A DNA stretch of 27,537 bases from Desulfobacter curvatus DSM 3379 (GCF_000373985.1 NZ_KB892957.1:56795-84331); one strand, 5' to 3'. Positions 7,796-17,403 are shown, counted from the first letter of the stretch. A program made the numbers and translations. The notes: generated by a model not told the origin, from the letters alone.

Positions 7796-8944
7796 TTATA
7801 TTTGTTGGCGCATTTTGAGGGCTTCCTTATTTGACGGATCAATTCTCAAAATGCGGTTCAAATAGTCGTCTGTCTGGAGAATACGTCTATTATTGAAATG
7901 AATCTGGGCGATCTGAAGTTTGGTTTTAATATCCCCTCGCCTGTTGTTATCAACGGTGACAAAGCATTCCATGGCTTTCTCCTGATCACCGGTTTCAAGA
8001 TAAATGGTGCCGGCTTTATACATCAAATCCATGTTGGAAGGATTATCTTTGATCGCCTCGGTAACAATCTCGGCCACAAACTCATATTCCTGGTTCTCCA
8101 TGCAGATATTAATGATTTTTTCCTGAAGTCCCTTGCTGGATCGGCTTTTTGACATGATACGCGAAAAAAGCATTCTTGCCTCATTTCTAAAACCATTAAT
8201 CAAAAGTGTTTCGCCCAACTGAACAGCGGAATCAAAATGTCTGGTGCTGAACGAAAGGATTTCCATGTAAAGCTTAGCCGCACGTTTAAAGGCGTGCTTA
8301 TTGATGTACAACTTGGCCAGATGTCTTCTGGATATTGTATCCTGCCGGTTTACGGCAACGGCCTTTTGAAGACATTTTTCGCCAATTTCGTTTTTTTTGA
8401 TCTCAAGGTATAAAAGCCCAAGTTTTCTTAAAATCCGTGATGCATTGGGTTTAAGCGCCAGGGCTTTTCGGGTTTCGTCTATGGCGCCTTCAATATTACC
8501 GGCTTCTTCACATGCTCTTGCCTCAAGCAGATGAAGTTTTGCCTTATCCGGGTGGTTGGCAGCCTCAATAACACTTTTTATCTTTGTGTCCAAAGCGGAC
8601 AGGGTTAATGGTTTAAGAAGATACCCGTCCACTTCGTATTCTGCAACATCGGCCACAATATCGCGTTCGTTTTCGGCTGTAACCATAACAACAGGAATGT
8701 CCCTGATATTTTTGTCCCGGCGCAGGTTGGCCAGCATCTGGCTTCCGTTCATTTCCGGCATGTTCCAATCAACAATAAGTAAATCACAAGAAGAATTTTT
8801 CAGCGTACTTAAACCTGATCTCCCATTATCCGCAAACAAAAGATCTTTGCCGATTTCAAGATTCCGCAGCATTTTGCGCAGGGTCAGGCGCATACTTTTC
8901 ATGTCATCCACAATCAGTATGGTCATGGTTTTAATATCAATCAT
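7796..8944 (-). CDS. Response regulator with a C-terminal TPR-repeat domain (REC-TPR)
   Basis: 382 aa. REC motifs: ILIVDDMKSMR, DLLIVDWNMPEMNG, VVMVTAE, YLLKP. About 250 aa of TPR-like helical repeats follow. The start overlaps the upstream kinase stop (ATGA at 8941-8944). Confidence 0.85.
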   Translation of the reverse strand: MIDIKTMTILIVDDMKSMRLTLRKMLRNLEIGKDLLFADNGRSGLSTLKNSSCDLLIVDWNMPEMNGSQMLANLRRDKNIRDIPVVMVTAENERDIVADVAEYEVDGYLLKPLTLSALDTKIKSVIEAANHPDKAKLHLLEARACEEAGNIEGAIDETRKALALKPNASRILRKLGLLYLEIKKNEIGEKCLQKAVAVNRQDTISRRHLAKLYINKHAFKRAAKLYMEILSFSTRHFDSAVQLGETLLINGFRNEARMLFSRIMSKSRSSKGLQEKIINICMENQEYEFVAEIVTEAIKDNPSNMDLMYKAGTIYLETGDQEKAMECFVTVDNNRRGDIKTKLQIAQIHFNNRRILQTDDYLNRILRIDPSNKEALKMRQQI

Positions 8945-11502
8945 AAAATGGCTTTCCCGTTAAACCGATTCAAATATTTCTTAAACATTTCGGATACAAC
9001 CAATGGGTCCAAATGCGCACCCTTACCGGCCCGGGCTTCAATGTCAAAGGCGGCAAGTCTCAACTGCTCTGCATTTACATTGGCGGCAGCGCCTTTTAAC
9101 GCATGGGCACAGGCTTTGACATGTTCAAAATCACAGGGCTCTTTTTTAACAGCCGCCACAAGGTTGTCAACAAGTCCTTCCACTTCCTGGAAAAAGGATG
9201 CAAGAACCTCTGCAGCCATTTCCTCGTCATTGCCGAAACGTTCAAGAAATCCGGTCCGGTCAAATACGGGTGCGGACGCATCGTTATCCTCCAGAGGAGT
9301 GACACTCCCCCCCTGTTCTTGTTTTTCAACGTTATGAATATCAGGTCCAGGCATGTCAAAATCCGGTGTTTCAAATGCCGCCGAAGCTAAGCTTTGCGAC
9401 TTATACCGATTAATAAGTTCAATTAAAGCATGGGGATTGACCGGTTTTGAAATAAAATCATCCATGCCGGCTGCTTTACAGGCCTGCCGGTCCCTTTCAA
9501 AAGCGTTGCCGGTCATAGCAATGATGGGAGTTGCGACACGCTTTTCTGAGGATTCATATGCCCGGATTTGGCGACAGGCTTCATAGCCGTCCATTTCAGG
9601 CATCTGACAGTCCATGAAAATCAAATCGTATTTATTCGTCTTTGCCTTTTCAACAGCCTGGAGTCCGTTGGAGGCCGAATCGGTCAGGTATCCCTGTTTG
9701 CGTATAATTTCCTTAACCGTCACGACATTGGTTCCAATGTCATCCACGATCAAAATTTTAAATGCTCTTTTCCTGCGCTCTGCAAGGGCATACCGGGTAA
9801 TAATGGCCTGGCGGCTCTTCTGGTAGGTTGGTGAAAGCACCGTATGGATGGCATCCTGGAGAATGGTCTCGTCCAAAGGAAAGCTTAAAAAGGCTGAAAA
9901 GCCCAGATCTTCAAATTCCCTTGCATCCCCCTGCTTGCCCACAGCCGTGACCAGAATACAGACAAGGCTGTTCAACTCAGTATCCCGGATGAATTCCCGG
10001 CCAAGATTTCTTGCATATTGATCAGACTCGCCAACCTCCATAATAACCACACGAAAAGGGGTTGAATTAGTTTTTGCAAGGGTAATATGTTCAATAAGTT
10101 GACTGTGTTCACACGTCTCATAATCAAACCCGATTTGGTTAAGCAGTTTAGTCAGACGGGTGCTGGGATACTGCTTGTCAGATACGGCAACCACTCTGAT
10201 TCGGTTTACGGGAACAGCAGACAGGTCCTGGGCAATCTCCTCTGGCGGCTGTTTTTCAAAAGGCGCTTCAAACCAGAACGTGGAGCCTATCATTTCAATG
10301 CTGTCCACACCCACCTGACCACCCATGAGTTCAATGAACAATTTTGATATGAATAAACCAAGACCGGTACCGCCATATTTCTTCGTTATAGACGCATCGG
10401 CCTGAACAAAAGGTAAAAAAAGGCCTTTGAGTGCCTCCTCGCTGATACCGATGCCGGTATCATCCACGCTGAAATGGATCAGTGCATATTCTTCTTTGTC
10501 CTCTTTGAGTGACACAGTCAGAGTCACAGAACCGGCTTCAGTGAATTTAATTGCATTATTGGTAAAATTTAATATCACCTGGCGTATCCTGCCGATATCG
10601 CCTTTGATCAGTCTTGGCACATTCGTATCAATATTATAAGTAAACTCAAGTCCTTTTTGCCTGGCCTGCAATTGCGGTAAAGAGACAATATCCTTGACGG
10701 CGATTTCAAGATCAAAGGGGCGGATATCAAGTTCAATCTTGGCGGCTTCAATTTTGGACAGATCCAGAATATCATCAACAATGGTTAAAAGGGCTTTGGC
10801 GCTGTTATAGGCAGTGTCTGCAAAGCGTCTTTGCTCGGTGTCAAGCTCAGAGTCAAGAAGAACGTGAAGCATGCCTAAAACCCCGTTCATGGGATTTCGT
10901 ATTTCATGGCTTATGTTGGCCAAAAATCGGTCCTTAACCTCAATGGCGTTTTTAGCCTCTTCTTGAACTTTCTGAGAAAATTCAAGAACCAATTGCTTTT
11001 CCATGATAAGTACCTGTTGTTTTTTGAGTATTAAAAACAATACAGATCCAATGCCGGAAAATAAAATGATAAAAAACACAAGGCGATATTCATTGAGATT
11101 CAATGCACCCGGACCCCAGGAGGGACCCCAATAGAAAAATGCAAGTAATGCTGAAAAAAAACAACATATAACAAAAAAACCGAATAAATCAGCAAATAGG
11201 ACGGTTGCGGCCATAACCATGATGAAAAAAAAGAGACCAAGACTGAAAATGCCGCCGGTAAGACAGACAAACCAAGTGATATAGGTTGTGAAAATCAATA
11301 GAATAATGCGCCCCCGGATTACGGATCGGCTCACGGACGGCCCACTTAAAAAATGATATACGGCCCATATCAAACAGACCGTCGTAATTGATGGTGCAAT
11401 CAGGGCAAGGGTTTTCCCATACAACCCCATCCCTGCCAAGCAGAATATAATTGCCGTTATAATGAATGACAGCCGGATTGATGGATCTTTATCAATGATC
11501 AT
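8941..11502 (-). CDS. Membrane hybrid sensor histidine kinase (about 6 TM, HisKA, HATPase_c, degenerate receiver, REC, Hpt)
   Basis: 853 aa. The first ~160 aa form about six hydrophobic helices with no large periplasmic loop. H-box FLANISHEIRNPMNG (H199); ATPase boxes NNAIKF, DDTGIGI, GGTGLGL. aa 434-556 are REC-like but lack the Asp and Lys (VVIMEVGES, FLSFP). True REC: ILIVDD...DLIFMDCQMPEMDG...ISKP (D631). Hpt: HALKGAAANV (H800). Confidence 0.9.
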   Translation of the reverse strand: MIIDKDPSIRLSFIITAIIFCLAGMGLYGKTLALIAPSITTVCLIWAVYHFLSGPSVSRSVIRGRIILLIFTTYITWFVCLTGGIFSLGLFFFIMVMAATVLFADLFGFFVICCFFSALLAFFYWGPSWGPGALNLNEYRLVFFIILFSGIGSVLFLILKKQQVLIMEKQLVLEFSQKVQEEAKNAIEVKDRFLANISHEIRNPMNGVLGMLHVLLDSELDTEQRRFADTAYNSAKALLTIVDDILDLSKIEAAKIELDIRPFDLEIAVKDIVSLPQLQARQKGLEFTYNIDTNVPRLIKGDIGRIRQVILNFTNNAIKFTEAGSVTLTVSLKEDKEEYALIHFSVDDTGIGISEEALKGLFLPFVQADASITKKYGGTGLGLFISKLFIELMGGQVGVDSIEMIGSTFWFEAPFEKQPPEEIAQDLSAVPVNRIRVVAVSDKQYPSTRLTKLLNQIGFDYETCEHSQLIEHITLAKTNSTPFRVVIMEVGESDQYARNLGREFIRDTELNSLVCILVTAVGKQGDAREFEDLGFSAFLSFPLDETILQDAIHTVLSPTYQKSRQAIITRYALAERRKRAFKILIVDDIGTNVVTVKEIIRKQGYLTDSASNGLQAVEKAKTNKYDLIFMDCQMPEMDGYEACRQIRAYESSEKRVATPIIAMTGNAFERDRQACKAAGMDDFISKPVNPHALIELINRYKSQSLASAAFETPDFDMPGPDIHNVEKQEQGGSVTPLEDNDASAPVFDRTGFLERFGNDEEMAAEVLASFFQEVEGLVDNLVAAVKKEPCDFEHVKACAHALKGAAANVNAEQLRLAAFDIEARAGKGAHLDPLVVSEMFKKYLNRFNGKAIL

Positions 11503-11654
11503 GTCGCTTTGCGTCTGTTTAAATTTATGGTATTTAAGGTGTGAATATAAAAATAATATAACTGTCCGGCTGCTTGAATGTCAAACCCTAATTGGTTTCA
11601 TTTGATCGCTGTTTGCCAGGTGGAAATTTAATTTGGGGAAGGTTTTATTTTTTC

Positions 11655-11681
11655 TTGACATTAATGTTATTTATATATAAT
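11655..11681 (+). promoter_or_regulatory. Candidate sigma70 promoter for the ilv leader and operon
   Basis: TTGACA (11655-11660), 15-nt AT-rich spacer, TATAAT (11676-11681); alternatively a 17-nt spacer with TAATTA. Lies 28 nt upstream of the leader ATG. The spacer length is suboptimal. Confidence 0.45.
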
Positions 11682-11708
11682 TAATATTTTTAATTGAGAG
11701 TAAAGATT

Positions 11709-11795
11709 ATGATTAAAACAAATATTATTAACAGCCTAGTGGTCCTTATTATCGTGGAGGTGGTTATTGTCACCTCCGGACGAAGGGGCGATTAG
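11709..11795 (+). CDS. Branched-chain amino acid leader peptide (28 aa) of the ilv operon
   Basis: Too short for the ORF track. ATG 11709 to TAG 11793-11795 gives MIKTNIINSLVVLIIVEVVIVTSGRRGD, with 6 Ile, 6 Val and 2 Leu. It resembles E. coli IlvL (..ISLVVISVVVIII..). It sits between a promoter-like element and a strong terminator directly upstream of ilvD. Confidence 0.7.
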   Translation: MIKTNIINSLVVLIIVEVVIVTSGRRGD

Positions 11796-11820
11796 TGGCT
11801 TAAATAAGATTAATCAAAAA

Positions 11821-11862
11821 AAGCCGTTACCAGCCCCAAGGGGGGCAGGTAACGGCTTTTTT
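11821..11862 (+). terminator. Attenuator: intrinsic terminator between the leader peptide and ilvD
   Basis: AAGCCGTTACCAGCCCC (11821-11837) pairs with GGGGCAGGTAACGGCTT (11842-11858): 16 bp with one A.A mismatch and a 4-nt loop. TTTTTT follows (11857-11862). The ilvD SD AGGAGA is at 11869-11874 and the ATG at 11886. Confidence 0.8.
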
Positions 11863-11885
11863 GCTTTTAGGAGACTTTTTAAAAA

Positions 11886-13556
11886 ATGAAAAGAAGCCGC
11901 ATTGCAACACAGGGCGTGGCAAGGGCACCCCACCGGGGCCTGCTCAAAGCGTTAGGATACACCGATATGGAGTTGAGCCGCCCCCTGATCGGGATTGCCA
12001 ATTCCGCCAATGAACTGATCCCGGGCCACATGCACCTGGACTCCATTGTCAAAGCCGTCAAGGCCGGTATCTCCATGGCCGGCGGCACCCCCATGGAATT
12101 TTCCACCATTGGTGTATGTGACGGTGTTGCCATGAATCATATCGGCATGCACTATTCATTGGCATCAAGGGAGCTGATTGCCGACAGCATTGAAGTGACG
12201 GCAACAGCCCACCCCTTTGACGGTATTGTCATGGTGCCCAATTGCGATAAAATTGTGCCGGGCATGCTGATGGCTGCGGCAAGGCTTAACATTCCGTCCA
12301 TTTTTGTCAGCGGCGGCCCCATGCTGGCCGGACGCCACCCCCATGACCGGTCAAAGAAAATTGACCTGATCACCATATTTGAGGCTGTGGGTGCCGTCCA
12401 AAGCGACAAAATGACAGAAGAAGAACTTTTGGAAATGGAAAATGCGGCCTGCCCCACCTGCGGGTCCTGCGCGGGCATGTTCACAGCCAACTCCATGAAC
12501 TGCCTCACCGAGGCCATCGGCATGGGGCTGCCGGGCAACGGCACCATTCCGGCACCCATGTCCAGCCGGATACGCCTGGCAAAAGCGGCTGGTATGCAGA
12601 TCATGAATCTGGTGGTGCACGATATTACCCCGGACAAAATCATGACCCGGCAAGCCTTTATGAACGCCCTGGCCGTGGATATGGCCTTAGGCTGTTCCAC
12701 CAACACGGTGCTGCATCTTAAAGCAGTGGCCGGCGAAGCCGGTGTGGACATTCCCCTGGATTTAATTAATGAAGTCAGCAAAAAAACCCCCCATTTGTGC
12801 TCTTTAAGCCCCGGCGGAAAGGACCACATTGAAGACCTTGATGCAGCAGGCGGTATCCAGGCTGTGATGAAGGAACTCAGTGACAACAACATGATCGACA
12901 CAAGTCTTTTGACTGCCACGGGTAAGACCATTAAAGAGAACCTTGAAAAAGTTAAGGTAAAATACCCGGATGTCATCAGGCCGGTGAACGATCCCTATCA
13001 TAAGGAAGGCGGACTTGCCGTATTGTTCGGCAACCTTGCACCCGAGGGCTGTGTGGTTAAGCAGTCTGCGGTCCTGCCGGAGATGATGACCCACCAGGGG
13101 CCTGCACGGGTATTTGATTGCGAAGAAGATGCCAGTAACGCCATCATGGAACGGCAGATCAATCCGGGCGATGTCATCGTGATCCGGTATGAAGGGCCGG
13201 CCGGGGGCCCCGGTATGCGCGAGATGCTTACCCCCACATCAGCCATTGCAGGCATGGGGCTTGATGACCGGTGTGCCCTGATCACAGACGGCCGGTTTTC
13301 CGGTGGCACCAAAGGCGCAAGCATCGGCCATGTATCTCCGGAGGCTGCCCAGGGAGGCCTGATTGCCTTTGTTCATGAAGGCGATCAAATCAGCATTGAT
13401 ATCCCGAACAAAACCATTGAACTGATGGTATCTGAAGATGAACTGACCCGGCGAAAAGCAGACTGGAAAAAACCCGAACCCAAAATCAAAAAAGGTTATA
13501 TGGCCCGTTATGCCAAGATGGTGACATCTGCCGGCAATGGCGCCATATTTAAATAA
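11886..13556 (+). CDS. ilvD: Dihydroxy-acid dehydratase
   Basis: 556 aa. Motifs: [62 protein letters not shown]. Confidence 0.97.
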   Translation: MKRSRIATQGVARAPHRGLLKALGYTDMELSRPLIGIANSANELIPGHMHLDSIVKAVKAGISMAGGTPMEFSTIGVCDGVAMNHIGMHYSLASRELIADSIEVTATAHPFDGIVMVPNCDKIVPGMLMAAARLNIPSIFVSGGPMLAGRHPHDRSKKIDLITIFEAVGAVQSDKMTEEELLEMENAACPTCGSCAGMFTANSMNCLTEAIGMGLPGNGTIPAPMSSRIRLAKAAGMQIMNLVVHDITPDKIMTRQAFMNALAVDMALGCSTNTVLHLKAVAGEAGVDIPLDLINEVSKKTPHLCSLSPGGKDHIEDLDAAGGIQAVMKELSDNNMIDTSLLTATGKTIKENLEKVKVKYPDVIRPVNDPYHKEGGLAVLFGNLAPEGCVVKQSAVLPEMMTHQGPARVFDCEEDASNAIMERQINPGDVIVIRYEGPAGGPGMREMLTPTSAIAGMGLDDRCALITDGRFSGGTKGASIGHVSPEAAQGGLIAFVHEGDQISIDIPNKTIELMVSEDELTRRKADWKKPEPKIKKGYMARYAKMVTSAGNGAIFK

Positions 13557-13567
13557 AGGAGCGGATA

Positions 13568-15259
13568 ATGAAACTTACAGGGGCCCAAATCCTCATTAAG
13601 ATGATAAAGGCGCAGGGCGTTGATACGATGTTCGGGTATCCCGGCGGTGCCACCATTGATATCCATGATGAAATTCTTAAACATGACGACCTGCGCCATA
13701 TCGTGGTCAGACACGAACAGGGGGCCGTTCACATGGCCGATGCCTATGCAAGGGCGCATAAAACCACCGGCGTCGCACTGGTCACCTCGGGGCCCGGTGC
13801 GACAAATGCCGTAACGGGACTGGCTTCAGCCCATTGCGATTCCATTCCCATCGTAGTTTTTACAGGCCAGGTGCCCACAGGCCTTATCGGCAACGATGCG
13901 TTCCAGGAAGTGGACATTGTGGGTATTACGCGCCCCTGCACCAAACACAACTACCTGGTCAAAGATCCAAACAAGCTTGCGGAGATTATCCAGGAAGCCT
14001 TTTTCATTGCCGGGTCCGGCCGCCCGGGTCCGGTGCTGGTGGATCTGCCCAAGGATGTTGTCCAGGCTATGATTGATTTTCAAATGCCGGAACCGATAAA
14101 AATGCGCACCTACAGACCCAACTACAAACCCAATAAAAAGCAGATGGCAAAGGCTGTAAAGATGCTCAAAGAGGCCCGCCGGCCTGTTATGTTCGGTGGC
14201 GGCGGCATCATCTCATCCGGGGCAAGCAAGGAGTTTACCCGGATTGCAAAATTTGCCAATCTCCCGGTTACTGCATCCCTGATGGGACTTGGTGCCTTTC
14301 CGGGAACAGATGAGAATTGGCTTGGCATGCTGGGCATGCACGGCACCTACCGTGCCAATATGAGCATTGGCCACAGCGACCTGATTTTTGCGGCCGGTGT
14401 AAGGTTTGATGACCGGGTAACCGGCAACCTTGAAAAATTTGCACCGGATGCCAAAATCATTCAAATCGACATTGACCCCACATCCATCCATAAAAATGTT
14501 GATGTAGACTGCCCCATTGTCGGGGATTGCAAAATGGCTCTGGCTGATATTGCGGCCCTTATGGAAAAAGAAGCGCCTGAAAAATTTATGAACGACCGGG
14601 ATGCATGGTTTAAGCGCATTAATGAATGGAAAGAGCTGACACCCTTAAAGTACGACCAGTCCTTTGACACCATCAAACCGCAATATGTGGTTGAAAAATT
14701 GTATGAGACCACCCAAGGCAAAGCCATTGTGACCACAGAGGTGGGGCAAAATCAAATGTGGGCGGCCCAGTACTATCATTTTGAAGCGCCCAACCATTTC
14801 ATAACATCCGGCGGTCTGGGTGTTATGGGATTTGGCCTGCCCGCAGCCATCGGTGCCAAGGCTGCGGCCCCGGACAAAACCGTTGTCTGCATTGCAGGGG
14901 ACGGATCAATCCAGATGAATTCCCAGGAGCTGATGACGGCTGTTGCTGAAAAGCTCGATGTTAAAATCGTTATCTTAAACAACCGTTATCTTGGCATGGT
15001 GCGCCAGTGGCAGGAATTTTTCTACGACAAAGTATATGCCGACACCAATATGGAGGCCCAGCCCGATTTTGTGAAGCTTGCCGAAGCCTACGGGGCAACC
15101 GGTTTCAGGTGTGACGATCCGGCCAAAGTGACCCAGACCCTTGAAACAGGCTTGAACACACCCGGCACTGTAATAATGGAGTTTGTTGTGGAACGTGAAG
15201 AATCGGTCTATCCCATGGTTCCGGCAGGCGGGGCCATCACTGACATGCTTCTGGTTTAA
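13568..15259 (+). CDS. ilvB: Acetolactate synthase (acetohydroxyacid synthase) large catalytic subunit
   Basis: 563 aa, SD AGGAG upstream. ThDP-enzyme motifs: FGYPGGA, TSGPGATN, GMHGT, GGLGVMGFGLPAAIGA, GDGSIQMNSQEL, NNRYLGMVRQWQ. Confidence 0.95.
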   Translation: MKLTGAQILIKMIKAQGVDTMFGYPGGATIDIHDEILKHDDLRHIVVRHEQGAVHMADAYARAHKTTGVALVTSGPGATNAVTGLASAHCDSIPIVVFTGQVPTGLIGNDAFQEVDIVGITRPCTKHNYLVKDPNKLAEIIQEAFFIAGSGRPGPVLVDLPKDVVQAMIDFQMPEPIKMRTYRPNYKPNKKQMAKAVKMLKEARRPVMFGGGGIISSGASKEFTRIAKFANLPVTASLMGLGAFPGTDENWLGMLGMHGTYRANMSIGHSDLIFAAGVRFDDRVTGNLEKFAPDAKIIQIDIDPTSIHKNVDVDCPIVGDCKMALADIAALMEKEAPEKFMNDRDAWFKRINEWKELTPLKYDQSFDTIKPQYVVEKLYETTQGKAIVTTEVGQNQMWAAQYYHFEAPNHFITSGGLGVMGFGLPAAIGAKAAAPDKTVVCIAGDGSIQMNSQELMTAVAEKLDVKIVILNNRYLGMVRQWQEFFYDKVYADTNMEAQPDFVKLAEAYGATGFRCDDPAKVTQTLETGLNTPGTVIMEFVVEREESVYPMVPAGGAITDMLLV

Positions 15260-15273
15260 AAAGGAAATTTGAT

Positions 15274-15765
15274 ATGAAAACCAACAGATATGTATTATCA
15301 ATTCTTGTGGATAATGAACCGGGGGTTCTATCCCGGATTGCAGGCCTGTTCTCCGGCCGCGGGTTTAACATTGACTCCTTAAGCGTTGCAAAAACAGCCG
15401 AGCCGGACGTCTCAGTGGTCACCATAGCCACCTTCTGTGACGAACACATCATTGAACAGATCAAAAAGCAACTGCACAAACTGATCAATGTCATCACCGT
15501 TAATGATTTAACCGAAAAACAATATGTGGAGCGTGAGCTTGTCCTGGTCAAGGTCCATGCAAAAACCGAAAAACGGGCTGAAATTATGCGTATTGTTGAT
15601 ATTTTCAGATCCAGGATCGTTGATGTGGGTGCTTCGCACTTTATTGTGGAAGTGTCGGGTGATTCGGGCAAAATCAAAGCCTTTATTGAGCTGATGAAGC
15701 CCATGGGCATTATTGAGATTGCCTCCACCGGCACCATAGCCCTTGGCAGGGAGAACGGAAAATGA
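15274..15765 (+). CDS. ilvN: Acetolactate synthase small regulatory subunit (ACT domain)
   Basis: 163 aa. VLSILVDNEPGVLSRIAGLFSGRGFNIDSLSV is the typical IlvN/IlvH N-terminus. Lies directly downstream of ilvB. Confidence 0.93.
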   Translation: MKTNRYVLSILVDNEPGVLSRIAGLFSGRGFNIDSLSVAKTAEPDVSVVTIATFCDEHIIEQIKKQLHKLINVITVNDLTEKQYVERELVLVKVHAKTEKRAEIMRIVDIFRSRIVDVGASHFIVEVSGDSGKIKAFIELMKPMGIIEIASTGTIALGRENGK

Positions 15766-17387
15766 ATGCAGTAAAAGCAAAGAAAAATGCCTTGCTTTAC
15801 GACACCACTTTACGTGACGGGATGCAGGGGGAGAACATATTCTTCTCCCCCGAGGATAAGCTTAAAATCGCCATGCGCCTGGATGATGCCGGCATCCACT
15901 ACATTGAAGGGGGGTGGCCCGGATCTAATCCCGGAGCCCAGGCTTTTTTTGACCTGGTCAGGGACAAAGCGTTCAAACAGGCCAAAATCTGCGCCTTCGG
16001 ATCCACGAGAAGACAAAAATCAACCTGTGAAGAAGACGGCAACATCAAGGCGCTGATCGCTTCAGGTGCACCTGTGGTAACGATTTTCGGCAAATCCTGG
16101 GACCTGCATGTCACAGACATCATGAATAACACCCGGGAAGAAAACCTGGCCATGATCACCCAAAGCGTAGCCTATCTTAAGGCCCAGGGCCGTGAAGTGC
16201 TCTATGATGCTGAACATTATTATGACGGATATAAAGCCAATGCCGAATTTGCGCTGGAAACCCTGGAAGCGGCGGTAGAAGGAGGAACCCGTTGCTTGGT
16301 GCTCTGCGACACCAACGGCGGCAGCCTTCCCTGTGATATCGACACCATCACCCGGGAAACCATGGCCCATTTCAAGGATTTTGATGATGTGATTTTCGGG
16401 GTGCATACCCATAATGATTGTGCCATGGGTGTTGCCAACACCATCAATGCGGTTCATGCAGGCGTGACCATGGTGCAGGGCACGGTGAACGGATATGGGG
16501 AACGTTGCGGCAATGCCGATCTCACGGCGATTATCCCCATCCTGGCCCTTAAGATGAACAGGGATTGTATCAGTGAAGATAACCTAGCCAAGCTGCGGGC
16601 GCTGTCCAGATTCGTATCTGAGACAGCTAATATGCCGCCTGTGGCGTCACGACCTTTTGTAGGACGGTCTGCGTTCACTCATAAAGGCGGGGTCCATGTA
16701 TCGGCCATCATGAAAAACCCCAAAGCCTATGAGCACATGACTCCTGAACTTGTGGGCAACCGCCGCAGGGTTCTGGTCTCCGAGCAGTCCGGCAAAAGCA
16801 ACATCGCTTACAAGGCCAAGGAGCTTGGAGTCGATCTGGGCAATGACGAATCCAAAAAATCATTAATTGTCAACAACATCAAGGAGATGGAAAATTTCGG
16901 GTATGAGTTTGATACGGCCGAAGGCTCTTTGAAGCTGATTATGGAAAGACTCACCGAGCAGTATCAGTCCCATTTTGACCTGGAATCCTTCAGGGTGGTG
17001 GTGGAAAAGGACAAGGAGCGGCCCTGTTATTCCCATGCCATGATCAAGATCCGGGTTGGGGACAAAACTGAAATCACCTCAGCCGAAGGCGAAGGCCCGG
17101 TCTCTGCCCTTGATAATGCCCTAAGAAAGGCATTGGCAGCCATGTATCCCGGAGTTAAGGATCTTCATCTGGTGGATTTCAAGGTTCGTGTTATTGACGG
17201 GTCCGACGGCACCGATGCCAGGGTCAGGGTATTGATAGAGTCCCGGGATACGGACAATATCTTTTCAACCGTTGGTGTTTCCGAAGATATTATCGAAGCC
17301 TCATGGCAGGCGCTGGCTGACAGTTTTCAGTATAAACTGTCGCTGGACCACAAAAGTGAAGCAAAGAAAGCCGAATCAACAGCGTAG
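15762..17387 (+). CDS. cimA: (R)-citramalate synthase (LeuA-related, long form with a C-terminal LeuA-dimer regulatory domain)
   Basis: 541 aa. The start overlaps the ilvN stop (ATGA at 15762-15765). Motifs: YDTTLRDGMQGE, YIEGGWPGSNP, HTHNDCAMGVANT, plus a C-terminal regulatory domain. The N-terminal pattern and length fit the CimA clade (as in Geobacter) better than classical LeuA. Subfamily call is from memory. Confidence 0.8.
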   Translation: MNAVKAKKNALLYDTTLRDGMQGENIFFSPEDKLKIAMRLDDAGIHYIEGGWPGSNPGAQAFFDLVRDKAFKQAKICAFGSTRRQKSTCEEDGNIKALIASGAPVVTIFGKSWDLHVTDIMNNTREENLAMITQSVAYLKAQGREVLYDAEHYYDGYKANAEFALETLEAAVEGGTRCLVLCDTNGGSLPCDIDTITRETMAHFKDFDDVIFGVHTHNDCAMGVANTINAVHAGVTMVQGTVNGYGERCGNADLTAIIPILALKMNRDCISEDNLAKLRALSRFVSETANMPPVASRPFVGRSAFTHKGGVHVSAIMKNPKAYEHMTPELVGNRRRVLVSEQSGKSNIAYKAKELGVDLGNDESKKSLIVNNIKEMENFGYEFDTAEGSLKLIMERLTEQYQSHFDLESFRVVVEKDKERPCYSHAMIKIRVGDKTEITSAEGEGPVSALDNALRKALAAMYPGVKDLHLVDFKVRVIDGSDGTDARVRVLIESRDTDNIFSTVGVSEDIIEASWQALADSFQYKLSLDHKSEAKKAESTA

Positions 17388-17403
17388 GCATTGTTGTTCA
17401 ATG

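Noticed and set aside
12152-12976. 274-aa minus-strand ORF, plus several 60-110-aa ORFs, antisense to ilvD
   Set aside because: It lies entirely inside the well-supported ilvD frame. Its composition is non-protein-like (runs of S/A/P/M), it has no SD, and it is a typical shadow ORF on the opposite strand of a moderately GC-rich gene.
15237-15737. 166-aa minus-strand ORF antisense to ilvN
   Set aside because: It overlaps ilvN almost completely and lacks an SD and any motifs. ilvN itself has clear family signatures.
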